DNA of 63,164 nt, the filler included, from Octopus bimaculoides (Eukaryota), in assembly GCF_001194135.2 (NCBI RefSeq). It is 9 parts of 9 records of this genome, joined end to end, with 100 filler letters (N's around TTAATTAATTAA, not from the genome) between each part and the next. Parts side by side here need not be neighbours in the genome. Positions count along the whole stretch, not along the records: positions 48,098 to 51,431 come from NC_068996.1; positions 51,532 to 57,256 come from NC_068989.1; positions 57,357 to 60,226 come from NW_026390612.1; positions 60,327 to 61,815 come from NC_068991.1; positions 61,916 to 63,164 come from NW_026328578.1; 4 more parts are not named here. One strand, 5' to 3'. Below, one piece after another: positions 51,341-63,164 of this stretch. Positions within the stretch are counted from its first letter, which is position 1; every line of letters begins with the position of its first letter. The notes beneath the pieces are model-generated. The model made no database searches. It was not told where the DNA came from and saw only the letters and a list, made by a program, of their open reading frames with translations. The translations under genes were made by a program, and so were the position numbers.

Positions 51341-51531
51341 TTTGGTATATTGGTTGTCAATATTATCGTTTTATTATCACTAGGTGTTATCAGTTTATTA
51401 TTTGAATTATTGTTGGTGTTGTTTTTTTTTGNNNNNNNNNNNNNNNNNNNNNNNNNNNNNNNNNNNNNNNNNNNNTTAATTAATTAANNNNNNNNNNNNN
51501 NNNNNNNNNNNNNNNNNNNNNNNNNNNNNNN

Positions 51532-51552
<21 letters not shown>

Positions 51553-51567
<15 letters not shown>

Positions 51568-51721
51568 GACGGGCTTCTTTCAGTTTACGTCTACCAAATC
51601 CACTCACAAGTCTTTGGTCGACCCGAGGCTATAGTAGAAGACACTTGCCCAAGGTTCCACGCAGAGGGACTGAACCTGGAACCATGTGGTTCGTAAGCAA
51701 GCTACGTACCACACACCCACT
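51553..51721 (-). mobile_element. SINE family A 5' half (tRNA-like head plus Deu/Nin-like central domain); another copy at 52055-52212
   Basis: Minus: ...ggttcagtccc...ttgggcaagtgtcttctactatagcctcgggtcgaccaaagacttgtgagtggatttggtagacgtaaactgaaagaagcccgtcg. The domain name is from recall. Confidence 0.85.
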
Positions 51722-52358
51722 CCTACGCCTAGATCTTAGTACACAAATTTTAAGGTGTGGCACTCACTTTATCGGAATCTTTTACCAAACCTGTAATTTA
51801 CCGAGACATAAACAAACCAATACCAGTTGTCAATTGGAGGGGGACATATCCAAATATCTAAGTCTTCACAGATTTATTCTCAACTACTAAATTTAATTTC
51901 ATTTTTATTTTCACTGGAATTTCTTTTTTGTTGTTTTATTTTTTATTTTATTTATGTAGTTTTTTCGTGGTTCATCCTGTAAATTGAAATTAATTGGAGC
52001 TCCTGATATATTGATAAAAAAAAGAAAAAAGAAAAATTTGCACACACACATATATAAACGTCAAATTTCCACACAGTTTCCGTCACGCAAATTCACTTAT
52101 AGTGCATTAGTCGACAGAGGCTATAGTATAAGGCTCTTGCCCTACATGTTACGCAGTGAGATCGAACCCGAAAGTATGTGGTTGCAAAGCAAGCTTCTTA
52201 AACATATTGCTATGCTTCTTTGCTTCATACTATACTCATTCCTTTTCTTTCTTTCTCCGCCATCAAAACGACGAACCATCTACTTCTTGTATCTTCCTAT
52301 ATTTGTGTAGGAAGATGCGAGATTGACTACAAGATTCTTATGTATTTTTTTTTCTTTT

Positions 52359-52662
52359 GCGCCCTTTTAAAGCGTAGCCAGGCTCATGGGCCCGGTTTCC
52401 CGGTTTCTATGGCATATGTGTTCCCCACCAGTCAGACGGGACGCCAGTCCTTCGCAGCGTTACTCAAGAAACAGGAAGGAAGCGTGAGAGAAAGTTGGAG
52501 CGAAAGAGTACAACAGGGGTCGCCACCAACCCCTGCTGGAGCCTCGTGGAGCTTTTGGTGTTTTCGCTCAATTAACACACACAACGCCCGGTCTGGGAAT
52601 CGAAACTGCGATCCTCCGACTACGAGTTCGCTGCCCCAACCACTAGACCATTGCGCATCCAC
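52359..52662 (-). mobile_element. Full-length tRNA-derived SINE with V-domain-like core
   Basis: A box TGGTCTAGTGG (52640-52650), B box GTTTCGATTCC (52596-52606), core gctgcgaaggactggcgtcccgtc. The V-SINE assignment is from recall. Confidence 0.8.
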
Positions 52663-52792
52663 TGTTATGTATTTTATGGCGAGAATACTATAAGTGGTTT
52701 CCCCATTGAATTGTGTTCAGAAAATGAACGATATTCAATGATGCGGCATTCATATTTTTTACCTTATAACACAAAATTAACGTAAGTGGCAT

Positions 52793-53182
52793 CTTTTATT
52801 CTTTTCTTTTACTTGTTTCTGTCATGTGACTGCGGCCATGCTGTGGCACTGCCATAAAGGGTTTTAGTTGCGCAAATTGAGGCCAGGACTTTTTCTTAAG
52901 CCTGGGATTTATTTTATCGGATCTTTCTTCGAACTGCTAAGTTACTGGGACATAAACACACCAACACCGGTAGGTGGGGAGAAAAGCACAGACACAAAGA
53001 TACACACACATAGACAGGTACGTATATAAGACGGGCTAATTCAGTTTCCGTCTACCAAATACACTCACAAGGTTTTGGTCGGCCCGAGGCTATTGAAGAA
53101 GACATTTGCCCGAGATAACACTCTGTGAGACTGAACCCGAAACCATGTGATTGGGAAGCAAGCTTCTTAACACACAGCCACA
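52793..53182 (-). mobile_element. Full-length SINE family A (about 390 bp)
   Basis: tRNA-like head (tgtggctgtgtgttaagaagc...ggttcagtc), central domain, short TA/TG tract, body, and tail cagcatggccgcagtcacatgacagaaacaagtaaaag. Confidence 0.9.
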
Positions 53183-53793
53183 TGGATACTTCTCGGACGT
53201 GAGACCTTTCTGAAAGCTTGACTTACTAAAATCATTCTTTTTTCTCTTCCACGTTTGCTTTGAACTTGCATACAATTTTAGGATATTTTTAGGATATTTT
53301 TAGCATGATACGATGCCGCTTCTTTCTGTCTAGAGCGCGGTTAATGAAATGTAAAATCGAAATCTTTCTCATATTCATTAGTAACTCAAATCAAGCGAAA
53401 TAATTTGTAGTCCGTGTTTTCCTGGAACTTTTCCTTCGGTCTATGGCGCAATTCGTACACTTTTATAGGTTTTTGAACTGGTGTCAAGGATGCAATTTTA
53501 GAGAAATGAATAAATAATGATTAGATTACTACAAGCATAGTAATGCTTTTGTATCACGTACTATAGAGTCAGAGGTGAACAAAAGAAAGTTGACATGCCG
53601 AAGCAAAACTTAGTTGAAGCATCTAGATAGCATTTACGCGTTCGTACGATTTGCTAGAAATAAATCACATGCCACTTATTTTAAAAAGACGTTGGAGTAC
53701 ATAAGTTTAGGGGCATCTTCTGCATATAAAAGGCCTACCGTAATCAGGTTTCTGCATATATCTTCATCTCCATGCAGAGATGTGAGCAAAGTA

Positions 53794-53849
<56 letters not shown>

Positions 53850-54447
53850 TAAAATGTTTGTACATTCACAATCATAGCTTAGAATGGGTAAACGGCCAGA
53901 GTGATACGCTACTTCTTACTATGGAGTTTAACTCACGTAAACATATTACTAGGTTAGCTATCCTTGTTTACCTTCGTCTGTCAAAACAACATTGTCTTAC
54001 ACATTTGTATTTCCCTGATGAATGAAAAGATTTCAGAATAAACATGTAATATAATATAAAAGGTTAAACTTTTTTTTACATTCTCAATCATAGCAGAAGA
54101 GAGAAAATTTGTTTGTGAATATAGCTAAACAACTTAACTATTTACATAGGTGTGCGTGTAGTTAAATACTTCTTAGAATGTAGTTAAAATTTAACTGTTT
54201 GTATATATAAATATATAAAACTTTTGTAGCAAAATCTTATTTATTTATTCATCTATTCGCTTACAACCTCTACTAACAGTTTTTAGAGCCATTTGGCGCC
54301 TAATTCTAGCGTAGTGGTTGGGTTTATCCACCCCGCTTTAATATAATTATATTTATATAATCGTATATTAGTATAAATTGTTACTAGTATGGTTTTATTA
54401 AACGCTGACCGCTTGACAAAATTATTAAAACGGTTTTATAACTGCTC

Positions 54448-54847
54448 AAGGCGGCGAGCTGGTAGAAACATTATCACGCCGGACGAAACGCTTAGCGGTA
54501 TTTCGTCTGTCTTTACAGTCTGAGTTCCAATTCCGCCGAGGTCCACTTAGCCTTTCATCCTTTCGGGGTCGATTAAATAAGTACCAGTTGTATAAGACGG
54601 CCAGCTCTCCGCTTTGTGCAATTAAATAATAACCTTTCTACTAAAGTTGCAAAGCCTGAAATTTAGGGGGAAGGCATTAGTCGATTACATCGATTCCAGT
54701 GTCTCACTGGTACTTAATTTATCGACCCCGAGGGTGATGAAAGCCAAGGTCGTCTTCAGCAGAATTTGAACTCAGAACGTGAAGACGGACGAAATGCCGC
54801 TAAGCATTTCGCCCGGCAAGTTAACGGTTCTGCCAGCTCGCCGCCTT
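54448..54847. mobile_element. Inverted (tail-to-tail) pair of CpG-intact SINE family B copies: 54448-54590 +, 54627-54847 -
   Basis: Both carry the head aaggcggcgagctgg and a Meta-domain-like gcctttcatcctttcggggtcgat..a.taagtacca. Confidence 0.92.
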
Positions 54848-55866
54848 ATACAAATAAATAATAGCAAGATAACGAAACAACAACTCCACATAATAACTCT
54901 ACGTAATATTCAATTCTTACTTTCATTACATCTATACCACGAAATACAAGCCCATTGGAAGACTATTAAGTCCTAGACTCACAATTTCTGAAATAAATTT
55001 TTTGGTGAAAAATGACAGACATAATGGTCACAACTGAAAAGCCTTTGATAATAGGAGTGCTCAACCGAAGTTGACCCCGGGCTAAACAACAACAAAGCAA
55101 AGATGAGATAATAATTTTGTTTTTATTTTTTTATATATTAATCAGTCAAGTGTAAAGTTTGGCGATAATTTTATTTGTTTCTTCCGACGCCAATCATTTC
55201 TCTTGTATTACTACATTGTAGATTTTGTTGAAAAGGAAAAGGTCATTCTACAATAAATGTTATAATTTTGATCGAACTATCAATAGAAAAAGAAAATATA
55301 CAAAAAAAAAATTTTATAAAAAGGGAGACAAGAATACAAATACATAACTAATTTATCCTTTGTCTGTTAAGGTTGACGGACGACGACGATTTCAATTCTC
55401 TGAAATACTGTTGTAACACGAGACCTACAGCACAGTAATATAATTTATAATCCACCGCCGGTATAATCGTTCCTACTTATATACTCTCTTCCTTTATCTC
55501 ACCCGCTTTCTTTTGCTTTATAATGTGTGTGTGTGTGTTTGTGCGTGTGTGTGCGTGTGTCTATCTATGTATATATGTATGCATATATCTTTCTGGTTGT
55601 GTATATTCATATACATATTTAGTCATAGATATATAGATAGGCAGATTATATATGCGTATATGTGTGTATGTGTTGTGTATGTGTGCGTGTATATACATAC
55701 ACAGAGGCACCTAAATACGTATATGTGAGCTTGTACATATATGTGTGTGTGTGTGTGTGTATGTGTGTGTGTGTGTGTGTACATGTGTGAGTATGTGTAT
55801 GTATGTTTGCGTGTACACGCTCACATATACGTATTTACATTCGCCTATATATGTGCATGTCTAGAT

Positions 55867-55929
<63 letters not shown>

Positions 55930-56089
55930 TGTGTGTGTGTGTGTGTGTCTGCTTGGCTGTAATATTTTCATATATTATTACTGACCTGGGGACATATGAA
56001 AAAATAAACAACAATGGACTTAAATACAAAAAAAAAACTAAAAACAAAAACTGTAAGTAATCTACTTAGACAGGAAATGGACACACGGC

Positions 56090-56126
<37 letters not shown>

Positions 56127-56471
56127 GTCCTCGCCATTCACGCCACTCTTTCCGCTCCTTATTATTATTCAAACAACGATATCGCAAAAATAGTTATATC
56201 ACAATGGTAATATTTTGTTTTCCTAGTTTCCGCACAGTCGAGACACGTAGATTCATAAGACATTCATAGGAAATGAGATTGTGTCTAACACCATTTGCTG
56301 GCCACCCAGACTAATGGACTTTGGGGAAACTGATGCCCACCCTGAAGGGCAAAAACAAGATCTTGGTTGAACTCTGTAACTTGAGTTCGAATACACATCA
56401 AACCGATTTCATTAAACTCCCTTATATTTCTTGACGCTGTGACTACACATAAGCACGAAATGCTGTCGAAC

Positions 56472-56528
<57 letters not shown>

Positions 56529-56536
56529 TAGTAGTT

Positions 56537-56569
<33 letters not shown>

Positions 56570-56994
56570 ATGGTGGTGGTGGTGGTAGTAGTAGTAGTAG
56601 TAGGTGTTGTTTAGCCAGTGTAACCCTGGAACTACAAGCGGTGATCAAAGATATTTCAATCGTGACGATTCCATCTACTTCCTATATGCAAGAATGATTC
56701 CACGATTCTTTCTATCAGATGCAGTGACTAGATAGAGTTTCCATCATTGGTTATGCGCCAATGACGGGGACCTCAACGATTTCGAACATCTATCAGCTTG
56801 TTTTCAACTCACTTACTTTATCTTTGTTTGCATTGCTATAGTTTAGCCCTGGGATAATCGTGAGTGGGCAGAACTATGATAAGAAAGCGTTCTGGTTATG
56901 GCCACCTTGTCAGATTTTATATGTAGAACTACATAGATACATACGTCTTCCATTTTTTTTTTTGATTTTCAGATTTGAGGGTAATATATCTTTT

Positions 56995-57190
56995 ATCTTT
57001 TCCTTGTTTTAATCATTTGACTGTGACCATGCTGGGGCAGTGCTTTGAAGGGTTTCAGTAGAACAAATCAACCCCAGTGCTTAATTTTTTAGTCCTGGTA
57101 CTTATTCTGCCATTTGCCAAAGCAATAATTTTTCAGGGACATAAACAAACCAACGCCTTCGTTAAGCGGTGGTGGGAAACAAAACAAACT
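56995..57190 (-). mobile_element. SINE family A 3' half; further copies at 58921-59115 and 62073-62270
   Basis: cttgtttt(c)agtcatttgactg.g.ccatg...aacaaatcaacccca...ggacataaaca.accaac. Confidence 0.85.
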
Positions 57191-57356
57191 CAACGATAAA
57201 TACACATAATATAGATATGTACATATCTATGTGTATATATATATATATATATATATNNNNNNNNNNNNNNNNNNNNNNNNNNNNNNNNNNNNNNNNNNNN
57301 TTAATTAATTAANNNNNNNNNNNNNNNNNNNNNNNNNNNNNNNNNNNNNNNNNNNN

Positions 57357-57725
57357 GACTCGGGCTTTCTTGAATTCCGCTGAACCCACTTTGATGGTGT
57401 ATCTCCAGAGGGGTCTGTTTGCCGAGATATCCTCCCAAGTGTGCAGGGTCGATGCTGGTGTTTTTCAAGGTTGATTTGAGTTGGTCGTCGTACCGCCTCA
57501 AGGGGGATCCACGAGGACGTTTTCCTTCAGACAGTTCACCGTAGAGACAGATCTTGGGAAGGCGGTGTTCGTTCATCCGACGGACGCGACCTGACCATCG
57601 GAGACGATGTTCAATGATCAAGGTTTCGATGCTCAGGAGACCTGATCTTTCAAGCACAGAGTTGTTGGTGATGTGATCTTCCCAGTTGATGTTGAGGATA
57701 GAACGAAGTTTCGATTGATGGAAGC
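57357..57725 (-). mobile_element. RTE (BovB-like) LINE ORF2 C-terminal fragment
   Basis: FHQSKLRSILNINWEDHITNNSVLERSGLLSIETLIIEHRLRWSGRVRRMNEHRLPKICLYGELSEGKRPRGSPLRRYDDQLK. Confidence 0.92.
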
Positions 57726-57915
57726 ACACATAAATATACACATATAAACAAGCATTTGTACAAGTACATACATAAACGTTTATACACATACACACAAACT
57801 GATTTGTCTGAAGAGGGGTGCAATAACTATGCCATTCTTTGGTGTTCTTAATTGTCTTTGAAATCGTTATTGTTCCTCTTAACATATTTGTATTCAACTC
57901 CTACAGGAATGATGT

Positions 57916-58032
57916 TACGAGGTGGTACCAAAAGGTGCCCAGTCTAGTTACATTTAATGCAAAATAACTTATTTACCAAAGTTTTAACATTATCTCCTTC
58001 GAAATAGTCACCTTGCGCAGCGATACATCGGT
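57916..58032 (-). mobile_element. Mariner right end (TIR plus last codons of transposase)
   Basis: HRCIAAQGDYFEGD is a mariner C-terminus; TA-CGAGGTGGTACCAAAAG is TIR-like. Confidence 0.8.
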
Positions 58033-58478
58033 GCTTATATCTTAAATTTAAATGTATCATACATTTAGCCCCAGGGAACATCGTCTCCAGCTGGCTATAC
58101 GACACGATCTGTGTCCTTACATTTTCGAACAAACTCCTGGAGCTAAATTACAGCAACATTCGTCCTAAACCAGGAGTGCCATGTTATGTTGGCAAACAAT
58201 CTTTACTGCAAAGTTCTCCCCACAACCATTAACACCACCACCACCACCTCCCCCAACCATTAACACCACCACCATCACCCTCACCACCCCACTTCTACTC
58301 TGTCCCAATTATACGATATTATCCTCTCTATTTAATAACAATCGGTAAATTAATAAAGTTATAATCATATTACTAGTGTTAATTAATTGTACTCGCACAA
58401 ATGTATATAATTGCATGCATACATACATGCATTAAAATCTGTGTGTACATTAGACATATACAAGTATATATACGTATG

Positions 58479-58515
<37 letters not shown>

Positions 58516-58879
58516 NNNNNNNNNNNNNNNNNNNNNNNNNNNNNNNNNNNNNNNNNNNNNNNNNNNNNNNNNNNNNNNNNNNNNNNNNNNNNNNNNNNNN
58601 NNNNNNNNNNNNNNNNNNNNNNNNNNNNNNNNNNNNNNNNNNNNNNNNNNNNNNNNNNNNNNNNNNNNNNNNNNNNNNNNNNNNNNNNNNNNNNNNNNNN
58701 NNNNNNNNNNNNNNNNNNNNNNNNNNNNNNNNNNNNNNNNNNNNNNNNNNNNNNNNNNNNNNNNNNNNNNNNNNNNNNNNNNNNNNNNNNNNNNNNNNNN
58801 NNNNNNNNNNNNNNNNNNNNNNNNNNNNNNNNNNNNNNNNNNNNNNNNNNNNNNNNNNNNNNNNNNNNNNNNNNNNNNN

Positions 58880-58910
<31 letters not shown>

Positions 58911-59841
58911 TGTATATATAACTCTTTTACTTGTTTCAGTCATTTGACTGCGGCCATGGTCGAGCACCGCCTTTAGTCGAGCAAATCGACCCCAGGACTT
59001 ATTCTTTGTAAGCCTAGTACTTATGCTATCGGTCGATTATGTCGAACAGCTAAGTCACGGGGACGTAAACACACCAGCATCGGTTGTCAAGCGATGTTGG
59101 GGGAACAAACACATACATACATGCATACATACATACATACAGCTCCCTATCTTGCTAAATTCAATCTCCCATCCATAATATGGCCGAATCAGGCGCAGGG
59201 GTAACTACTAGATATAGTTAGTGAGTAAAAAACAAAAAAAAAACCGTAGAAATTGATAACTCGCTAAATTTTGGTGATACCCTGTAGATTACAACATATC
59301 GTACCCGGTCAACAATTGCGTTGTAGCTAACGTCCTGCCTTCGCAGAATTGAAACAGGAAGCATCGTCATTTGGAAAATTAAGTCTAAGTTTGTATTTCT
59401 TCACCTTAATGCATTGCAAGACATTGGAATCACGTTGTGGTAAAAAAAGAAATCGGTGAGACTTCTTCGTGTTCCAATTTCCTGTATTCCTTGAAGATTT
59501 ATTACTGTTTAATATATCAATAAATGTACGTTTAACTATATTTAGAGCAACTAATATAAATCTTTCTAAAAATACATCCGGGAGGAGCGTAAATGTGAGA
59601 GGTATATAAATTTGGGTAGACTGCTATATAATACAGAAAGCAACGATAAAATTTGAGGCGCTTATATCTTAAATTTAAATGTATCATACGTTTAGCCCCA
59701 GGAGACATCGTCTCCAGCTGGCTATACGACACGATCTGTGTCCTTACATTTTCGAACAAGCTCCTGGAGATAAATTACAGCAACATTCGTCCTAAACCAG
59801 GAGCGCCATGTTATGCTGGCAAACAATCTTTACTGCAAAGT
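58033..59841 (+). repeat. 182-bp direct repeat (58033-58214 and 59660-59841), about 7 mismatches
   Basis: Aligned by eye, no indels. Confidence 0.92.
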
Positions 59842-60185
59842 CCTGTTGCTGAATATCTCACGTTGTGAGGTTTAAAAAATAGTAATTTGCTAAGACCAGG
59901 ACAGAACTATGTCTCAGCAAACGGACCGCTTTTGTCGAAATATCATCAGACACAAACTGAAAAATTTATGTTATCAAAAGTATAAATATACATGTACATG
60001 AGTCCGTGTATGTATGCATGTATGTATGTATGTATTTATGGGTGTGTTCATTCTACGTTTATGTGTGTGTGTGTATATATATACACATACTGTAAATTGT
60101 TATTAATCGAGATTAGTAATGGAATGCAAGAAATTTGTCTAAAATGCACAAAGAATATGTTAGAGGAATAAAGTTGACCGGATAT

Positions 60186-60226
<41 letters not shown>

Positions 60227-60889
60227 NNNNNNNNNNNNNNNNNNNNNNNNNNNNNNNNNNNNNNNNNNNNTTAATTAATTAANNNNNNNNNNNNNNNNNN
60301 NNNNNNNNNNNNNNNNNNNNNNNNNNTCATGCATGCGTTTGCTCGTGGGTACACATGTCTATACAGACGCTCGCAGGTGCGCATGTTCATGCGCACACTA
60401 ATCTAAATGCGTGCATGTATGCAGGTATGCATTGTACATTTGAATGAATACGCATGTGTGGATATATGTGTGTGTGTGTGTGTGTGTGCGTGGCCCCGTT
60501 CATATATATCGGGGGCGTGAGAGTGTGTGCCCATGTAGAGATGGGCACGCTCGCATCAATACAGATATGCACGCAAAAACCATATGAGCGCGACAACAGA
60601 GACACATATACAACTATATACTTGTGCACACCGCCTCTTCCTACCTCCCCTCCACCAACCTGACAGATTTCCTGTCCAGCACGTGGTCGATTTCGTGTTG
60701 AGTAAGCGGTTTATTCCAACTAACTGTTGCCACTGTACCGTTATACCAAAATCATACCACGACACCACATGACCTTCTTCGACCAATCACAGTCTGCCTA
60801 ACGGTAATAGAAGTCAACTTCTTCAATCAAATTCAAAATGGTTGAAAATTAGTATCACCCTTGAAACTCTTAGAGAACCAACGAAATTG

Positions 60890-61310
60890 AATCAAACTGT
60901 TTTGATCCATCGAGAACTCTTCCGTTCGCCTCATATGCCCCTCCGGGTTCGGATATAGGTAAAATTAGCAAAATTATATTAGACAGGATTATACTCCAAC
61001 CTAATGCTACATCCACATTACGCCTATGGGCTAAAATTACTGAGGTCATCCAGTGGTTTAATTTCTTAAGCTCTATACTTACATTTAAATTTATCCAGTT
61101 GACATAGACCAATATTATTTTAGAGTATCCCGTATCCTTCTCAACAAGGCCCTCATTTTTGTCATGGGACATTCTAACGTCTCTCGTAACGATATTGATA
61201 TCATCTTGGCCGCTCGTCGAAATATAAAATTCGATGGAAAATTCTAGGCCCGTAAAAAGACATCTAACTTTTTTGACATCTCCATGGGGGCTAGCGACTC
61301 GGTTAAAGGT
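60890..61310 (+). mobile_element. Penelope-like reverse transcriptase fragment, frameshifted
   Basis: SDIGKISKIILDRI...LW..ITEVIQWF...FIQ(F)DIDQYY...LLNKALIF...DIDIILAAR...FFDISMGASDS matches the PLE RT pattern KISK.ILD / W / FDI..FYP / FD..MG. Confidence 0.8.
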
Positions 61311-61494
61311 ACAGACTTTATATACACACCCCTGACGTCTCCCTCAACCCCCTAAAAATACTAATTCTTACGTCGCCGCGAAGAATGGATATAACACCTG
61401 ACCTTCATTAATAACAGGCATCCAGCAAATTAATCTCCAGCACCTCCTACGACCCTATGCAGCTTCAGACACCCAATCCCCTGTCTCTTAGATA

Positions 61495-61790
61495 ATCGTT
61501 GTCTTACACAACATTCACACAGACAGACAGACAACTTACCTTTTAATATATAAGATCAAACGCGTACCGTTGCATAGACGTGGTGGGTTCAAATCCTAGG
61601 CGAAGTGAGAGTAGTCTATTTATGTTGGGGGCGCGAAATTTCGAGAAAACAAATATAAGAAAAAACTTCTTAAGTCAAAGAGAGCATGCATGTCAAATTT
61701 GGTGAAATTCGGTTAAAAACTGTAGGAGTAGAAGTGGTTCACACAACACACAGACAGACAGACAACTTGCCTTTTAATATATAAGGTATG
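61495..61790 (+). mobile_element. Non-autonomous Helentron/HINE (DINE-1-like) 3' ends, two copies (about 61500-61556 and 61625-61787)
   Basis: caaatttggtgaaattcggttaaaaac...cacagacagacagacaacttgccttttaatatataag(at): (GACA)n followed by a ctttt..atatataagat terminus. Family assignment from recall. Confidence 0.55.
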
Positions 61791-63164
61791 TGTGTGTGTG
61801 TGTGTGTGTGTGTGTNNNNNNNNNNNNNNNNNNNNNNNNNNNNNNNNNNNNNNNNNNNNTTAATTAATTAANNNNNNNNNNNNNNNNNNNNNNNNNNNNN
61901 NNNNNNNNNNNNNNNCTTTTTCAATGCAAAATGGGATATTTATAGATTTAAGCTAATGCTGTGTAAAAGACATCTATAAATACCTTCTCTTTATATATCA
62001 TACCTTGGTGGTCAGCTAAGTGGGATCAACCAGACTGGTTATGCTCCTAAAATTTTACTCTTTCTTATAACTTTCATTACTTGTTTGTCATTTGACTGTG
62101 GCCATAATTTGGCACCACATTGAAGGATTTAGTTGAACAAATCAACCCCAACACTTATTTTTAAACCTGATACTTATGTTATCGGTCTCTTTCTGCTGAA
62201 GCATTAACTTATGTGGACATAAATAAAACAACACCGGTTGTCAAGCGATGGTGGGTGACAAAAACAAAGTGTGCTCACGCGCACACGCGCACACACACAC
62301 CCACAACTTCTATATATATATATTTATATATAAATATATAATTTAGAGAAAAAAACACAATTATTGAATTCACCCATGAAAATCCACAATCACATATAGA
62401 AAAATTTAATAATTAAATACACTAAAAGGATCTATAATAAAAATACAAAGTAATAAATATTAAAATAATAAAACGACTACACGTGTTTCATAACCACATT
62501 TCCAAATAGAAAATAAAATATAAATCAAAACGATTCAAATCGATTCAAAATAAATCGGTCGAAAATCAATTCTATTCAAAAATATAGCTAATCTTCGGGT
62601 CAAAATACAATAATAATAATAATAATAAAATGAATGTATATATATCGACTAACAATAATAAATAGCAAATGAATTTATATAAAAATACTTATTTACCGAT
62701 AAATAAAAGAAAAACATTTAACAATATTACTGAAAATAAATGCAATACTTATCTTAAAGAAGCTTTAGTTTAAACTAAAATTTTAAACGTTATACTATTA
62801 ACTTAGCGTTTATTAGAATTAAGACGCGTGAAAATATGGCGTAAAGAAAAGTAATAGGATAAAGAGATATATAAACATGAATGAAAGTTTTATTTATAAA
62901 ATCAAAATGTATTTTGGCTTTAAACATAATAAAAAATTAACTGTATTATAAACATTTCCTGAAAATTTTAAAATCTAAGTAATTTTAGAGTCTAAAGAAT
63001 TAAGACTAAAATACATAAAATATATAATATATATCAAAGAAGCTAAAATACAATAAATTGGTATATCTACACTAAATAAATTAATTAATTAAAATATTTA
63101 TTTTATAAAAATCAATAGTATCATTTAATTATTAATTTATAATATTCACTAAAAATATTTTCGT

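Noticed and set aside
52596-52662. tRNA genes (also 18955-19010, 53120-53182, 61575-61600)
   Set aside because: A and B boxes are present, but they continue into SINE bodies and I could not fold full cloverleaves.
59328-59625. About 98 stop-free codons on the minus strand, and a possible plus-strand exon near 59347-59455
   Set aside because: No ATG and no recognisable domain. A few such frames are expected by chance in this much sequence; unresolved without RNA data.
62340-63164. Very AT-rich tail as a mitochondrial insertion (NUMT)
   Set aside because: No mitochondrial ORF, rRNA or tRNA motif recognised on either strand.

Overview
Animal (metazoan) nuclear DNA from a fragmented short-read assembly; AT-rich and dominated by microsatellites and transposon debris. 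The repeat landscape (tRNA-derived SINEs with internal TA/TG microsatellites; RTE, CR1, R4/Dong, Tx1 and Penelope-like retroelements; Tc1/mariner) looks octopus-like, but that is an inference from recall, not a database match. The window is not one locus. Eight identical 100-nt spacers (44 N + TTAATTAATTAA + 44 N, a six-frame stop linker) join nine separate scaffolds: 1-27948, 28049-37330, 37431-45764, 45865-47997, 48098-51431, 51532-57256, 57357-60226, 60327-61815 and 61916-63164. No intact host gene, rRNA, tRNA or CRISPR array could be supported. Almost all ORF-track entries are microsatellite, gap or decayed-TE translations. Most interesting signals: (1) a structurally complete minimal type I hammerhead ribozyme in a Penelope-like terminal fragment (4481-4526); (2) a C4HC3 PHD finger inserted in the RT region of a near full-length RTE LINE (42508-42639); (3) a CR1 LINE and the commonest SINE share a 3' tail whose stem-loop shows compensatory changes; (4) three R4/Dong fragments all abut (TAA)n; (5) an internally inverted Penelope GIY-YIG gene; (6) a scaffold-specific CpG-decay contrast between copies of the same SINE. 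A few candidate exons in scaffold 1 are reported at low confidence.
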